This document shows, piece after piece, positions 19,607 through 28,744 of a stretch of DNA of 64,000 nucleotides. A program made the position numbers and the translations under genes. Positions within the stretch are counted from its first letter, which is position 1; each line of letters opens with the position of its first letter. The notes under the pieces were generated by a model that saw only the letters and a list, made by a program, of their open reading frames with translations, had not been told where the DNA came from and did no database searches. This DNA is from Verrucomicrobiota bacterium (GTDB lineage: Bacteria; Verrucomicrobiota; Lentisphaeria; Lentisphaerales; Lentisphaeraceae). Location of the stretch: positions 32,001-96,000 of the forward strand of contig JBDKFG010000024.1 of assembly GCA_039798785.1 (NCBI GenBank). Direction: 5' to 3'.

Positions 19607-21031
19607 ATGAGCACCATCAACACTTCCAGCTACGGCGCCGACAAAGCCGTCGAGCTGCCGCGGATGCGCTTCGGCGGCATCAGTTCCGGCCAGGACACCC
19701 AGGCGATGGTCGACAGCATGCTCCAGGCCGCCCGCCTTCCTGTCAAGAGACTCGAGCTCGACACCCAGCGCGACGAGGAAAAGATTGCCGCCTGGGACGA
19801 GATCGACGTCAAGATTTCCGCCCTTGGAACCAAGGTCAACTCCTTGAGCTCCTTCACCACCTGGAACCAGAAAATCGCTGCCGCCAGCGACTCCGGCGTC
19901 GTCTCCGCCGCAGTCGACCGCACCGCCGCTCTCGGCAAGTACAGCGTCGAAGTCACCACCCTGGCCCAGGCCCACCGCGTCGCCTCCGATGCCCAGAGTT
20001 CCGCCACCGAGGCGCTCAACTTCGCCGGAGACTTCACCCTCAACGGCCAGACCATCACCGTCGCTGCCGAAGACACCGTCAAATCAATCCGAGACAAGAT
20101 CAACGCCGCCTCCGGTTCAATGAGCGACAAGGTCAAGGCCAGCGTCGTCGGCACCAGCCTGGTAATCGAACGAGCCAACACCGGCGACACTGCCATGACT
20201 CTCAGCGACGGCAGCGGCGGCGTCGCCGCCCTCCTCGGCCTCGACGACGGCGCCGGCGGCTTCAAGAACGAACTGCAAGTCGGCGCCAACCTCGACGCCA
20301 AGGTCAACGGCGTAGCCGTCACCGGCACCAGCAACAGCAAGCGCACCGATGTCGTCGAAGGCCTCACCCTCAACTTCACCAAGGCAGGCACCAGCACTCT
20401 TGAAATCACCCGCGACACGTCGTCCCTGGTCACCGCCTTCAAGGACTTCATCACAGCCTACAATGAAGCGATGGACACCGCCGAATCCTACACCCGGGTG
20501 ACCCTCTCCAGCGGCGGCGGCAAGATCACCAGCAAAGGACTCCTGCAAGGCGATGCCGCTGTCACCGCCCTCCGCTTCCGCTCCCGCTCCCTGGTCTCCG
20601 CCAGCTTCCACAATCCCGCCACCGATCCCGGCGCCACTCCCAGTGTCAACACCCTCCAGGACCTCGGCATCTGGACCGAAGGCCGCGACAACCGCCTCGC
20701 CCTGATCTCCGAGGACAAGCTCACCAACGCCTTGAAAAACAACTTCGACGATGCCGAGGACTTCGCCCGCGACTTCAACAAGGGCGTCTTCCGCAAGCTG
20801 CGCGACTTCATCGACACCGCCACCTCGCCGATCGACGGCACCATCGCCCGCCGCAAGAGCGGCCTCGAAGGCCAGATCCAGAAACGCGATGTCCGGATCA
20901 ATTTCCTCAACTTCCAGATCGCCGACAAAGAGACTCAGCTGTGGGAACGCTTCTCCAGCATGGAGGAAACCCTCGCCTCGATCAAATCTCAGAGCAGCTA
21001 CATTTCCAGCTCCCTCGGACAAAAGACTTAA
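19607..21031 (+). CDS. fliD: flagellar filament cap protein
   Basis: FGGISSGQDTQAMV, YSVEVTTLAQAH, SNS..DVVEGLTLN, FITAYNE, LQGD, ERFSSME. Confidence 0.93.
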   Translation: MSTINTSSYGADKAVELPRMRFGGISSGQDTQAMVDSMLQAARLPVKRLELDTQRDEEKIAAWDEIDVKISALGTKVNSLSSFTTWNQKIAAASDSGVVSAAVDRTAALGKYSVEVTTLAQAHRVASDAQSSATEALNFAGDFTLNGQTITVAAEDTVKSIRDKINAASGSMSDKVKASVVGTSLVIERANTGDTAMTLSDGSGGVAALLGLDDGAGGFKNELQVGANLDAKVNGVAVTGTSNSKRTDVVEGLTLNFTKAGTSTLEITRDTSSLVTAFKDFITAYNEAMDTAESYTRVTLSSGGGKITSKGLLQGDAAVTALRFRSRSLVSASFHNPATDPGATPSVNTLQDLGIWTEGRDNRLALISEDKLTNALKNNFDDAEDFARDFNKGVFRKLRDFIDTATSPIDGTIARRKSGLEGQIQKRDVRINFLNFQIADKETQLWERFSSMEETLASIKSQSSYISSSLGQKT

Positions 21032-21033
21032 TT

Positions 21034-21169
21034 GGTGCCTCCCTCAAAAGTCTGCGACAGCCGCAAAAGCCCTGCGTTCGCTACGCGAGGCGGATCGCTC
21101 AAAACCGAGGGCCTGGCTCTCGGCCAAGCCAGCTTCGAACGCTGCGCGGTGACTTTTGCGGGAGGCGTC
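21034..21169. mobile_element. MITE-like element, ~136 bp
   Basis: GCCTCCCTCAAAAGTC (21037-21052) / GACTTTTGCGGGAGGC (21151-21166), 15/16 inverted repeat. TTAAT occurs in both flanks. Confidence 0.6.
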
Positions 21170-21340
21170 TTAATGGATCGAATCCGGCACGGCGCGGCCC
21201 GGCGGCCATGAAGCCTGAAAGACGGGGCGGTCCGGCGGTCCGGCCCTTCCGGCTCAGCCTCGCGGCAGGTCGCGCTTGTCGCGAGCTTGAACTTCCCGCA
21301 CTTTCCTGTCGACAGTCAAAGCTGCGGAGCCCCCGGCTTT

Positions 21341-21356
21341 TGGCACAAACGATGCT
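21341..21356 (+). promoter_or_regulatory. sigma54 -24/-12 promoter of the ankyrin gene
   Basis: TGGCAC-AAACG-ATGCT (GG-N10-GC). Confidence 0.7.
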
Positions 21357-21444
21357 GATATGGAAACTGCGTCCCCTCCACTTGCGGTCCCGACCGTTTC
21401 GGGGTTACAATGGCGGTGGAGAGCCTAAACGGGAGGGCACTGCC

Positions 21445-22473
21445 ATGAAAGGACTAAGAGCCAGAATGAGCCTGCTGCTGGTCGGAGCCGGAGCGAAAGC
21501 CGAAAGCCGCGACTTGGCAGGAAGATCGCCCCTCGACGCCGCCATCGCCGGCGTCGATCCCCACACCGTCGGCATACTGCTCGCCGCAGGCGCCTGCGTC
21601 GGCAAGCACCAGGACAGCAATCTCGACCCCGCCCTGGTGATCCTGCGAAACGGCAACGAAACCCGTCTCCGAAGCCTGCTCGCCCACGGCTCCTGGTCCG
21701 CGCTGCGCGACCGCGACGGTCGGCAGCTCCTGCACCATGCCTCGCTCCTTGGGCGCCACCGTCTCCTCCCCCTTCTCCTCAAGACCGGCTTCTCGGTGAA
21801 CGAACGCGACGCCGCAGGCGACACGCCTCTGCACCTCGCATGCCGCGGCGGCCATCTGCTTTGCGCCGAAGCCCTCCTTGACCGGGGCGCCCCTCTCGAA
21901 GTCCGCAACCAGGCCGGCGAGACCCCTCTCCATCTCGTCGCCGGCCATCCTCAGCTGCTTCGGCTGCTCCTCCTCAGCGGCGCCGAACCTTCGCGGCGCG
22001 ACCGCCAAGGCCGCGCCTGCGTCCACCGCCTCGCCCTCTCCGGCGACGGCCGCGGCCTCGAGCTCCTCCTCGAACGCCATCCCGCCTGCACCTGGCAACG
22101 CGGCCCCGGCGGCGCCAGTCCTCTCCACCTCGCCTGCGAACGAGGCGACCGCGAACTCTGCGCCGCCCTGATCCGCCATGGAGCCGATCTCGAGACCCCC
22201 GACGACGACGGCTTGACACCCCTGCTTGCCGCCTGTTCCTACGGATCTGCCGAGCTGGTCCGCCTCCTCCTCGACAACAAGGTCCGTGTCGACGTCATCG
22301 ACAACCGCGGGCGCGGCGCCCTCCACCACCTCATCGACGGCGCCAACCCCGATCCCGGCCTGGCCGAGGAGCTGATCCGGGCAGGCGCCGACCCGAACTG
22401 GCGCGACGACGCCGGACGCAGCCCGCTCCACCTCGTCGCCGAACTCCCCGAAGAAATCCTCGTCGGCAAGTGA
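21445..22473 (+). CDS. ankyrin repeat protein
   Basis: Repeated G.TPLH.A...G....LL..GA units. GGAGG RBS before ATG 21445. Confidence 0.9.
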   Translation: MKGLRARMSLLLVGAGAKAESRDLAGRSPLDAAIAGVDPHTVGILLAAGACVGKHQDSNLDPALVILRNGNETRLRSLLAHGSWSALRDRDGRQLLHHASLLGRHRLLPLLLKTGFSVNERDAAGDTPLHLACRGGHLLCAEALLDRGAPLEVRNQAGETPLHLVAGHPQLLRLLLLSGAEPSRRDRQGRACVHRLALSGDGRGLELLLERHPACTWQRGPGGASPLHLACERGDRELCAALIRHGADLETPDDDGLTPLLAACSYGSAELVRLLLDNKVRVDVIDNRGRGALHHLIDGANPDPGLAEELIRAGADPNWRDDAGRSPLHLVAELPEEILVGK

Positions 22474-22532
22474 GCCGCCGGTTTTCCGCCGCGCGCGCTA
22501 TCTTGAGGCCCCCCCCTGAAACAGGAACCGTC

Positions 22533-23522
22533 ATGGCCAAAAACCTGCCCGACTCACTCTCCCTGAACAGCCTGACCAGCCGCAATCCGCTGATGCGCCG
22601 CTGCCTCGAACGAGCCGCTCGCGTAGCCGCCACCGACATGCCGGTCCTGATCGTCGGCGACACCGGCACCGGCAAAACCCTTCTCGCCCGGGCCATCCAC
22701 AACTCCAGCCCGCGCCAGGCCACCGGCAGTTTCATCGCCGTCAACGTCAGCGCCATCTCCGACAGCCTGGTCGAGTCCGAGCTCTTCGGCCATGAAAAAG
22801 GCGCCTTCACCGGAGCCATCGGCCAAGTCCGGGGCCGCTTCGAACTCGCCGACCGCGGCACTCTTTTCCTCGACGAGATCGCCGACATGTCTCTGGTCAA
22901 CCAGGCCAAGGTGCTGCGGGCGGTCGAGACCGGCGATTTCGAGCGCCTCGGCTCCGAAACCAGCCTGCGCAGCGACGCCCGGATGATCGCCGCCACCCAC
23001 AAACCCCTGGGCGAACTGGTCACCGCCGGCCGTTTCCGTGAAGACCTCCTGCACCGCCTCTCTGGCCTCGTCCTGCGCGTTCCGAGCCTGGCCGAACGCC
23101 GCGAAGACCTGCCGGGCCTCGTCGCCTCGGAAGTCAAAAGCTGCGCCGAAGCGATGAAACGGAAAATCACCGCCATCCACCCGGAAGCCCTGGCTAAGCT
23201 CACCGCCCACCCCTGGCCAGGCAACCTCAGAGAACTGCACCGGGTGATCCAACGCGCGCTGCTCTTCAGTGACGGCGAAGCCCTGATGCCCGAGGTCATC
23301 GATTTCAGCGACGACATCCGCATCAGTCAAGCCCCCGCAAACACCACATCCCCGGGACCGCAATCAAGCTCGATCCCTGGCGAGGACCTCAGCCTCTCCG
23401 CCGCCGAGAAGCGCCACATCCAGAAGGTCCTGGCCACGGCAGAAAGCAAGTCTCACGCCGCACGCCTCCTCGGCATCTCCCGCACCACCCTCGACCGCAA
23501 GATCGAGGAATATCAGCTCTGA
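22533..23522 (+). CDS. sigma54-dependent enhancer-binding protein lacking an N-terminal sensory domain
   Basis: GDTGTGKT, ESELFGHEKGAFTGA, LFLDEI, FREDL, WPGNLREL, Fis-type HTH. The AAA+ domain starts within ~15 aa of the N-terminus. Confidence 0.93.
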   Translation: MAKNLPDSLSLNSLTSRNPLMRRCLERAARVAATDMPVLIVGDTGTGKTLLARAIHNSSPRQATGSFIAVNVSAISDSLVESELFGHEKGAFTGAIGQVRGRFELADRGTLFLDEIADMSLVNQAKVLRAVETGDFERLGSETSLRSDARMIAATHKPLGELVTAGRFREDLLHRLSGLVLRVPSLAERREDLPGLVASEVKSCAEAMKRKITAIHPEALAKLTAHPWPGNLRELHRVIQRALLFSDGEALMPEVIDFSDDIRISQAPANTTSPGPQSSSIPGEDLSLSAAEKRHIQKVLATAESKSHAARLLGISRTTLDRKIEEYQL

Positions 23523-23523
23523 A

Positions 23524-23650
23524 CCTAGAAATCTAAATGCCGCGGTTGAAATGACATTGAAGCCCATCTCGTTTCAATCAATTCAATCAACTCAGATTGG
23601 CTGTTGCAGATTGCGGATGCGGCTCAACCGTTCGACCTGTGAAATCCAGG
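23524..23650. repeat. degenerate relative of the 36350 MITE
   Basis: TGAA|CCTAGAAA...CCGCGGTTGAA...TCAACC...CCAGG|GTGAA. Same ends and flanks as 36350-36558. Confidence 0.5.
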
Positions 23651-23674
23651 GTGAAGACTGCTCTGCTGAGCGGC

Positions 23675-24427
23675 TCACTTGAGCTTCAGCAACGTCTCGT
23701 CTTGCCCCTTGATCGTCGCCAGCGGCAGCTCCCCCAGGGAGCCGTCCCAACGGCTGAAATTCATCAATCCCGAAGCCTGCGGGTAGTGACGGTCGCTGAT
23801 GAAGCGGTCCACCAGGGCGTAATTCGATGCGCTGTTGGGAACAAAGCCATAGTAGGTGCTCGGCTGCGCCCGCGTCTGCGCCCCCTCAATCATGAAAATC
23901 GACTCCGACGGCCTCTCGATCGCATCGCGCTTCAAGCTGCTGCCGTTGTAGCCGGTCCGCGACCCGTGAATGTTGGGATTGTAGGCGATCCCATCCATGT
24001 CGAAGGCCGCTGCGGTCTTGATCATCGGACAGCAGTAGATCTTGCCGCCTGTCGTCATCCGACGATCTTGCCTGCCGATCTGCAAGACTTCGTTCATGCC
24101 GATGAACCAGCCTTGCGGCAGAATGTCGCCTCGCTGCATGTCGGTGATCGACCAGAAAAGGGTGATGCCGCTCAGACTGTCCATCTGACCGTTCCGATTG
24201 GCGTCGTAACCGCCCTTGGCCAAGAGCTCATAGCCGATCGACAACTGCCGGAGGTTGCTTTTGCAGATGACGTTCTTTGCCGCTTGACGCGTCTTCGACC
24301 AGGCCGGAAAGAGCAGGGACGCCAGGATCAGCACGATGATCACCACGATCAGCAGCTCGACAAGGGTGAAGGATCTCCGCTGGGTCCCTAGCGGAGATTT
24401 AGCGGCGCGGCCATTCGAAGTGCTCAT
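23675..24427 (-). CDS. prepilin-type N-terminal cleavage/methylation protein
   Basis: RRSFTLVELLIVVIIVLILASLLFPA, CKSNLRQL, RH...MNFSRWDGS. GGAGG RBS. Confidence 0.9.
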   Translation of the reverse strand: MSTSNGRAAKSPLGTQRRSFTLVELLIVVIIVLILASLLFPAWSKTRQAAKNVICKSNLRQLSIGYELLAKGGYDANRNGQMDSLSGITLFWSITDMQRGDILPQGWFIGMNEVLQIGRQDRRMTTGGKIYCCPMIKTAAAFDMDGIAYNPNIHGSRTGYNGSSLKRDAIERPSESIFMIEGAQTRAQPSTYYGFVPNSASNYALVDRFISDRHYPQASGLMNFSRWDGSLGELPLATIKGQDETLLKLK

Positions 24428-24646
24428 ACGTATCCTCCTTCGCTTGTTATCCTCTCAAGCCCCCCGCACGGACGCGCAAGCAGAAATTCCAGGCCTGAGC
24501 TTCAAGTGAAGCGTCAATCCAAGCCCAAAATCCTCTTCACGCCTTCGTTGGGAGACCTGTTCCACTCCTCTCGTTCGCCTCCCGCGACAGGATCTCGCAG
24601 GACAAAAAAAGTTCGACCTGCCTCACTCGAGTTTCAGGATCACCGC

Positions 24647-24721
24647 TTAGGGAGTTGGGGAACTGGGGAGTTAAGTTAAGGAGTGCTTTAACACCCCAAT
24701 TCCCTCCTCCCTGACTCCCTG
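24647..24721. repeat. inverted repeat built from GGAGTTGG-like 8-mers
   Basis: AGGGAGTTGGGGAACTGGGGAGTTAA ... TTAACACCCCAATTCCC...CCCTGACTCCCT. Confidence 0.55.
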
Positions 24722-25030
24722 AAAAGCAGCTTGAATGCATCTCAGTCCAAGCTCAATTCGGTGTGATGCACGTCGAAAAAAGTTCGCCCTCCCCAATATC
24801 CCGCATGGCTGCTCGGAAGCCGGCTCGGCGGATTACCCGGGAGGATGCCAGTCATTTGCGCCCTGCGCCCTGAACGGGCCGGCGAGAGGTAGAGAGCCTA
24901 GCTCCCTGAAACGCGAGAGGCCAGCCCCAGTCCTTCGGCATTTTCGGCTTCAGCTCTTCCAGATCCAGCAAGACCAGATGAAGAGATTCGTAGTTGTTGG
25001 CCTCGGATCGATATCGCTTTCTCTCTCCAT

Positions 25031-25060
25031 GAAAAAGCCGCCCGTCTCCGAGCGGCTTTC
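25031..25060 (-). terminator. Rho-independent terminator of the oxidoreductase operon
   Basis: Minus strand AAAGCCGCTCG...CGGGCGGCTTTTT directly after the stop. Confidence 0.8.
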
Positions 25061-25064
25061 GATC

Positions 25065-26126
25065 TCACTTCTTCTTCGACACGAAGGGCTTCCAGGCGTC
25101 TTCGAAGACCTCGTCGGTCTCGATCTTCCAGGATTCGCTGCCACGGAGGAGTTTGTCGATGTTGCCGGGGCCTTTCTGGGCGAGGACCTGGGCGGCCTGC
25201 TCGTTGACATCGGTGTCGTAGGCGGGGCGCTCGACCTGGCGGAGGATGCCCATCGGGGTGGGGGCGTCGGGGAAGCTGAGCTGGGCCAGGGCCATCGCCA
25301 GGGCCGGGCTCTGGGCCTTGGGATTGTGGACCAGGATCTTGCTTGGATCGGTGAGAGCGGTGTCGCGGACGACGATGTCGAGGCCGTCGAGGACCAGGCA
25401 CTTGGCCTTGTCCTTGCCGAAGAGAATCGGCTTGCCTTCTTCGAGCTCGACCAGGCGCTCATCCTTGACTTCGCGGTCGACCACGTTGTCGAAGGCGCCG
25501 TCGTTGAAGATCACGCAGTTCTGCCAGATCTCGACCAGGGACAGGCCCTTGTGCTGACGCGCGGCCTTGAAGACGGCGTCCATGTGGCGGGGATTGGTGT
25601 CCCAGGTGCGGGCGACGAAGGTGGCGCCGGAGGCGAGCGCGAAGAGGAGCGGGTTGACCGGAGCGTCGACCGAGCCGTAAGGGGTCGACTTGGTCACCTT
25701 GTTCTGCTCGGAGGTGGGCGAGTACTGGCCCTTGGTCAGACCGTAGATGCGGTTGTTGAAGAGGAGGACGACCATTTCGACGTTGCGGCGGACCGCGTGC
25801 ATCAAGTGATTGCCGCCGATCGACAGGCCGTCGCCGTCGCCGGTGACCATCCAGACATCGAGGTCGGGGCGGGCGACGCGGAGGCCGGTGGCGACGGTGG
25901 GAGCGCGGCCGTGGATGGTGTGGAAGCCGTGGGTGTCCATGTAGACCGGGAAGCGCGAGGAGCAGCCGATGCCGGAGATGACGACCTGCTTCTCTTTCGG
26001 GCGGCCGAGGTCGGCCATGGTTTTCTGGACGGTGGCGAGGATGGCGTAGTCGCCGCAGCCGGGGCACCATTTGACGTCTTTGGCCGAGGTGAAGTCTTTC
26101 TTCGTGTACTTGATGGGGGCGTTCAT
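25065..26126 (-). CDS. korB: 2-oxoacid:ferredoxin oxidoreductase beta subunit
   Basis: WCPGCGD, SGIGCSSR, HGRA, GDGD..SIGGNH, NNRIYGLTKGQ. Confidence 0.95.
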   Translation of the reverse strand: MNAPIKYTKKDFTSAKDVKWCPGCGDYAILATVQKTMADLGRPKEKQVVISGIGCSSRFPVYMDTHGFHTIHGRAPTVATGLRVARPDLDVWMVTGDGDGLSIGGNHLMHAVRRNVEMVVLLFNNRIYGLTKGQYSPTSEQNKVTKSTPYGSVDAPVNPLLFALASGATFVARTWDTNPRHMDAVFKAARQHKGLSLVEIWQNCVIFNDGAFDNVVDREVKDERLVELEEGKPILFGKDKAKCLVLDGLDIVVRDTALTDPSKILVHNPKAQSPALAMALAQLSFPDAPTPMGILRQVERPAYDTDVNEQAAQVLAQKGPGNIDKLLRGSESWKIETDEVFEDAWKPFVSKKK

Positions 26127-26147
26127 GGTTGGAACCTGTTTGTCTTT

Positions 26148-26181
26148 AGATCGGTCGGATCAGTCCGATCGGACCGATCTG
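26148..26181. repeat. 9-mer (TCCGATCGG-like) palindromic repeat between korA and korB
   Basis: AGATCGGTCGGATCAGTCCGATCGGACCGATCTG. Related to 47549-47579. Confidence 0.7.
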
Positions 26182-26185
26182 TTTT

Positions 26186-28024
26186 TCAGAGAAATTTGCG
26201 GAAGGCGCTGACCAAGTCCGCCACCTTGAAGGGCTTGCCCATGATCTGGGTGACCGACTGGGCGTCGATGGCGTATTTGGCGCGGATCACTTGCACCAGC
26301 TGACCGAGGTTGATTTCGGGGATGACGACGGTGTCGAAGCCGGAGAGGATCTCTTCGAGGTCGAGGGGCAGCGGGTTGATGTGGCGCAGGTGGACGTAGG
26401 AGATCGAGGCGCCTTCTTTTTGAAGTTCCTTGACCGCGCTGACGACGTGGCCGTAGGTGCCGCCCCAGGCGAGGACGAGGACCTTGCCGGACTGGGCGCC
26501 GAGGATCCTGGTGGGTCCGTAGCTCTTGGCGATGGCGGCGACCTTGTCCTTGCGGAGGCCGCACATCAAAGCGTGGTTCTTGCCGTCGTAGGATATGTCG
26601 CCCTTCTCGTTCTTCTCCAGGCCGGTGAGGGTGTTCTGGAGGTTGGCGGTGCCCGGGGTGACCCACTTGCGGGCGAGGGTTTCGGGATCGCGCTCATAGG
26701 GCTTGTAGGGCTTGCCGTCCTCGCCGGTGTAGAAGGCCTGTTTGATGCCGGGGAGATCGGCGAAGGCGGGCACCTTCCACAGGTCGGAGGAGTTGGCGAT
26801 GAAGCCGTCGGAGAGGAAGTAGACCGGGGTCATGTATTCGACCGCGATGCGGGCGGCTTCGAGGACGGCGTGGAAGCAGTCGACCGGCGACGAGGCGGCG
26901 ATGACCGGGACGGGGCATTCGCCGTTGCGGCCGAAGAGAGTGAGCATCAGGTCGGACTGCTCGGTCTTGGTGGGCAGGCCGGTGGAGGGGCCGCCGCGCT
27001 GGACATCGACGATGACCAGGGGCAGCTCGGTCATGGCGGCGAGGCCGACGAATTCCGCCTTCAGGCAGATGCCGGGGCCGGAGGAGGCGGTGACGCCGAG
27101 CGAGCCGCCGTAGGAAGCGCCGAGGGCGACGCCGCAAGCGGCGATTTCGTCTTCCGCCTGGACCGTCTTGACGCCGAAGTTCTTCAGCTTCGAGAGGTCG
27201 TGCAGGATGTCGGAGGCGGGAGTGATCGGGTAGGTCGAGTAGACCACGTTCAGGCCGGACTTGACCCCGGCGGCGACGAGGCCGTAGGCGGTGGCGGAGT
27301 TGCCGGTGATCTGGCGGTAGGTGCCGGCGGGCATCGGGGTGGACTTCACCTTGTAGCGGCGGGTGAAGATCTCGGCGGTGTCGCCGTAGTTGTAGCCGGC
27401 GCGGAGGGCCTTGCTGTTGGCCTGTTCGATGACATCCTTGCCGCCGAACTTCTTCAGGATCCAGGCTTCGGTGTAGTCGAGGCTGCGGTCGAACATCCAG
27501 TACATCAGGCCGAGGGCGAAGAAGTTCTTGCAGCGGCGCTTGTGCACCGGCTTCATGTCGAGGTCCTTAAGGGCCTCTTCGACCAGGGTGGTCATCGGCA
27601 CCGAGATGAGCTGGAACTTCTCGCCGACCATCGGGTTGTCTTCGAGCGGGTTGGTCTCGTAGCCGGCCTTGCGCAGGTCGATGTCGGAGAAGTTGTCGGA
27701 GTTGACGATGAGGACGCCGCCGCGCTTGAGGTCTTCGATATTCATCTTATAAGCGGCGGGGTTCATCGCGACGAGGATGTCGGGCTGGTCACCGGGGGCT
27801 TCGACCGATGCGGCGGCGAAGTTGACCTGGAAGCCGGAGACGCCGGCGGGGGTGCCGGCGGGGGCGCGGATCTCGGCGGGGAAGTCCGGGAAGGTGGAGA
27901 TGTCGTTGCCGGCGATCGCCGAGGTGTCGGTGAACTGGGTGCCGGTGAGCTGCATGCCGTCGCCGGAGTCGCCGACGAAGCGCACGACGGCGCCTTCAAT
28001 TTGGATCTGCTGGGTGTCTACCAT
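26186..28024 (-). CDS. korA: 2-oxoacid:ferredoxin oxidoreductase alpha subunit (gamma-alpha fusion)
   Basis: GDSGDGMQLTG, AEIRAPAGT, YPITPAS, QAEDEIA, SSGPG, QRGGPSTGLPTK. Confidence 0.95.
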   Translation of the reverse strand: MVDTQQIQIEGAVVRFVGDSGDGMQLTGTQFTDTSAIAGNDISTFPDFPAEIRAPAGTPAGVSGFQVNFAAASVEAPGDQPDILVAMNPAAYKMNIEDLKRGGVLIVNSDNFSDIDLRKAGYETNPLEDNPMVGEKFQLISVPMTTLVEEALKDLDMKPVHKRRCKNFFALGLMYWMFDRSLDYTEAWILKKFGGKDVIEQANSKALRAGYNYGDTAEIFTRRYKVKSTPMPAGTYRQITGNSATAYGLVAAGVKSGLNVVYSTYPITPASDILHDLSKLKNFGVKTVQAEDEIAACGVALGASYGGSLGVTASSGPGICLKAEFVGLAAMTELPLVIVDVQRGGPSTGLPTKTEQSDLMLTLFGRNGECPVPVIAASSPVDCFHAVLEAARIAVEYMTPVYFLSDGFIANSSDLWKVPAFADLPGIKQAFYTGEDGKPYKPYERDPETLARKWVTPGTANLQNTLTGLEKNEKGDISYDGKNHALMCGLRKDKVAAIAKSYGPTRILGAQSGKVLVLAWGGTYGHVVSAVKELQKEGASISYVHLRHINPLPLDLEEILSGFDTVVIPEINLGQLVQVIRAKYAIDAQSVTQIMGKPFKVADLVSAFRKFL

Positions 28025-28247
28025 GATCTAAGGTCCCGCGGGGTTCTACTTTTGGATTTTCAGGCCGCCAATGTACGCGAGGGGAGGACTTTGCCAAGGC
28101 GGAGAGGTGCTTCGCCTATGTACTAGGACATAATCAATGATGGCGACAAGGGTGATCTCGGCAGCCCTGATAAAATCTTAAAATATGTAAAATGAACAAG
28201 TTGTGATGATGATACAGAGACATCCGGCGACAGCCTCGGCCCGGCAT

Positions 28248-28274
28248 AAAAAAGCCCTGCCGGGTAGGCAGGGC
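28248..28274 (-). terminator. Rho-independent terminator of hpf
   Basis: Minus strand GCCCTGCC-TACCC-GGCAGGGC-TTTTTT. Confidence 0.85.
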
Positions 28275-28294
28275 GGCGCGTGCCAGGACGGATT

Positions 28295-28636
28295 TCAGTC
28301 CTGATTCGCCTTGTCGGCTTCGACGTTGCCGAGATGGCGGGCGTGCTGTTGGTGGTGGATCTTGTCAATCCGTTTCTCGAGCTGGCGGTCGAGACGGTCG
28401 ACCGCCAAGGCGAGGGACTTGTGCAGATCGGCCGCTTCGGCGTGGGCGTCGAGGTGGATCTTGTCGCCATGGAGGACGATCTCGGCCTTGATCGATTTGT
28501 CAGGAAGCTCGGTGAGGACGACATCGGCCTTGATCAGTTTCGGGTGGCTGCTGCGGAGGGCGGACAGACTATCGGCGACAAGGCTTCTGATTTTGTCGGA
28601 AATCTGGAAATTGCGGGCGGCGACGATGATGTCCAT
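28295..28636 (-). CDS. hpf: ribosome hibernation promoting factor (short HPF/RaiA)
   Basis: MDIIVAARNFQIS...DLHKSLALAVDRLDRQLEKRIDK. AAGGAG RBS. Confidence 0.85.
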   Translation of the reverse strand: MDIIVAARNFQISDKIRSLVADSLSALRSSHPKLIKADVVLTELPDKSIKAEIVLHGDKIHLDAHAEAADLHKSLALAVDRLDRQLEKRIDKIHHQQHARHLGNVEADKANQD

Positions 28637-28744
28637 GGTCTATCTCCTTTTTCGAACTCTCTCGGGGGGGGGGCTCCGGTGGATTCCCTCCCCACTCAAA
28701 TAGACACCCTTTTCAGCGCGGGGTGCAAGTGTGGCTGGGTCGAT

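Noticed and set aside
20941..21444. N-terminal extension of the ankyrin ORF
   Set aside because: It runs through the fliD end, a MITE and the promoter. RBS and sigma54 site support ATG 21445.
24730..25020. Possible c-di-GMP riboswitch or small gene in the long spacer upstream of the pilin-like gene
   Set aside because: Only a GGGCGCAAA fragment matches. No GAAA-tetraloop/receptor architecture and no convincing ORF.
28198..28220. TTGTGA...TACA as a CRP/Rex site upstream of korA
   Set aside because: Only one half-site matches. Insufficient support.
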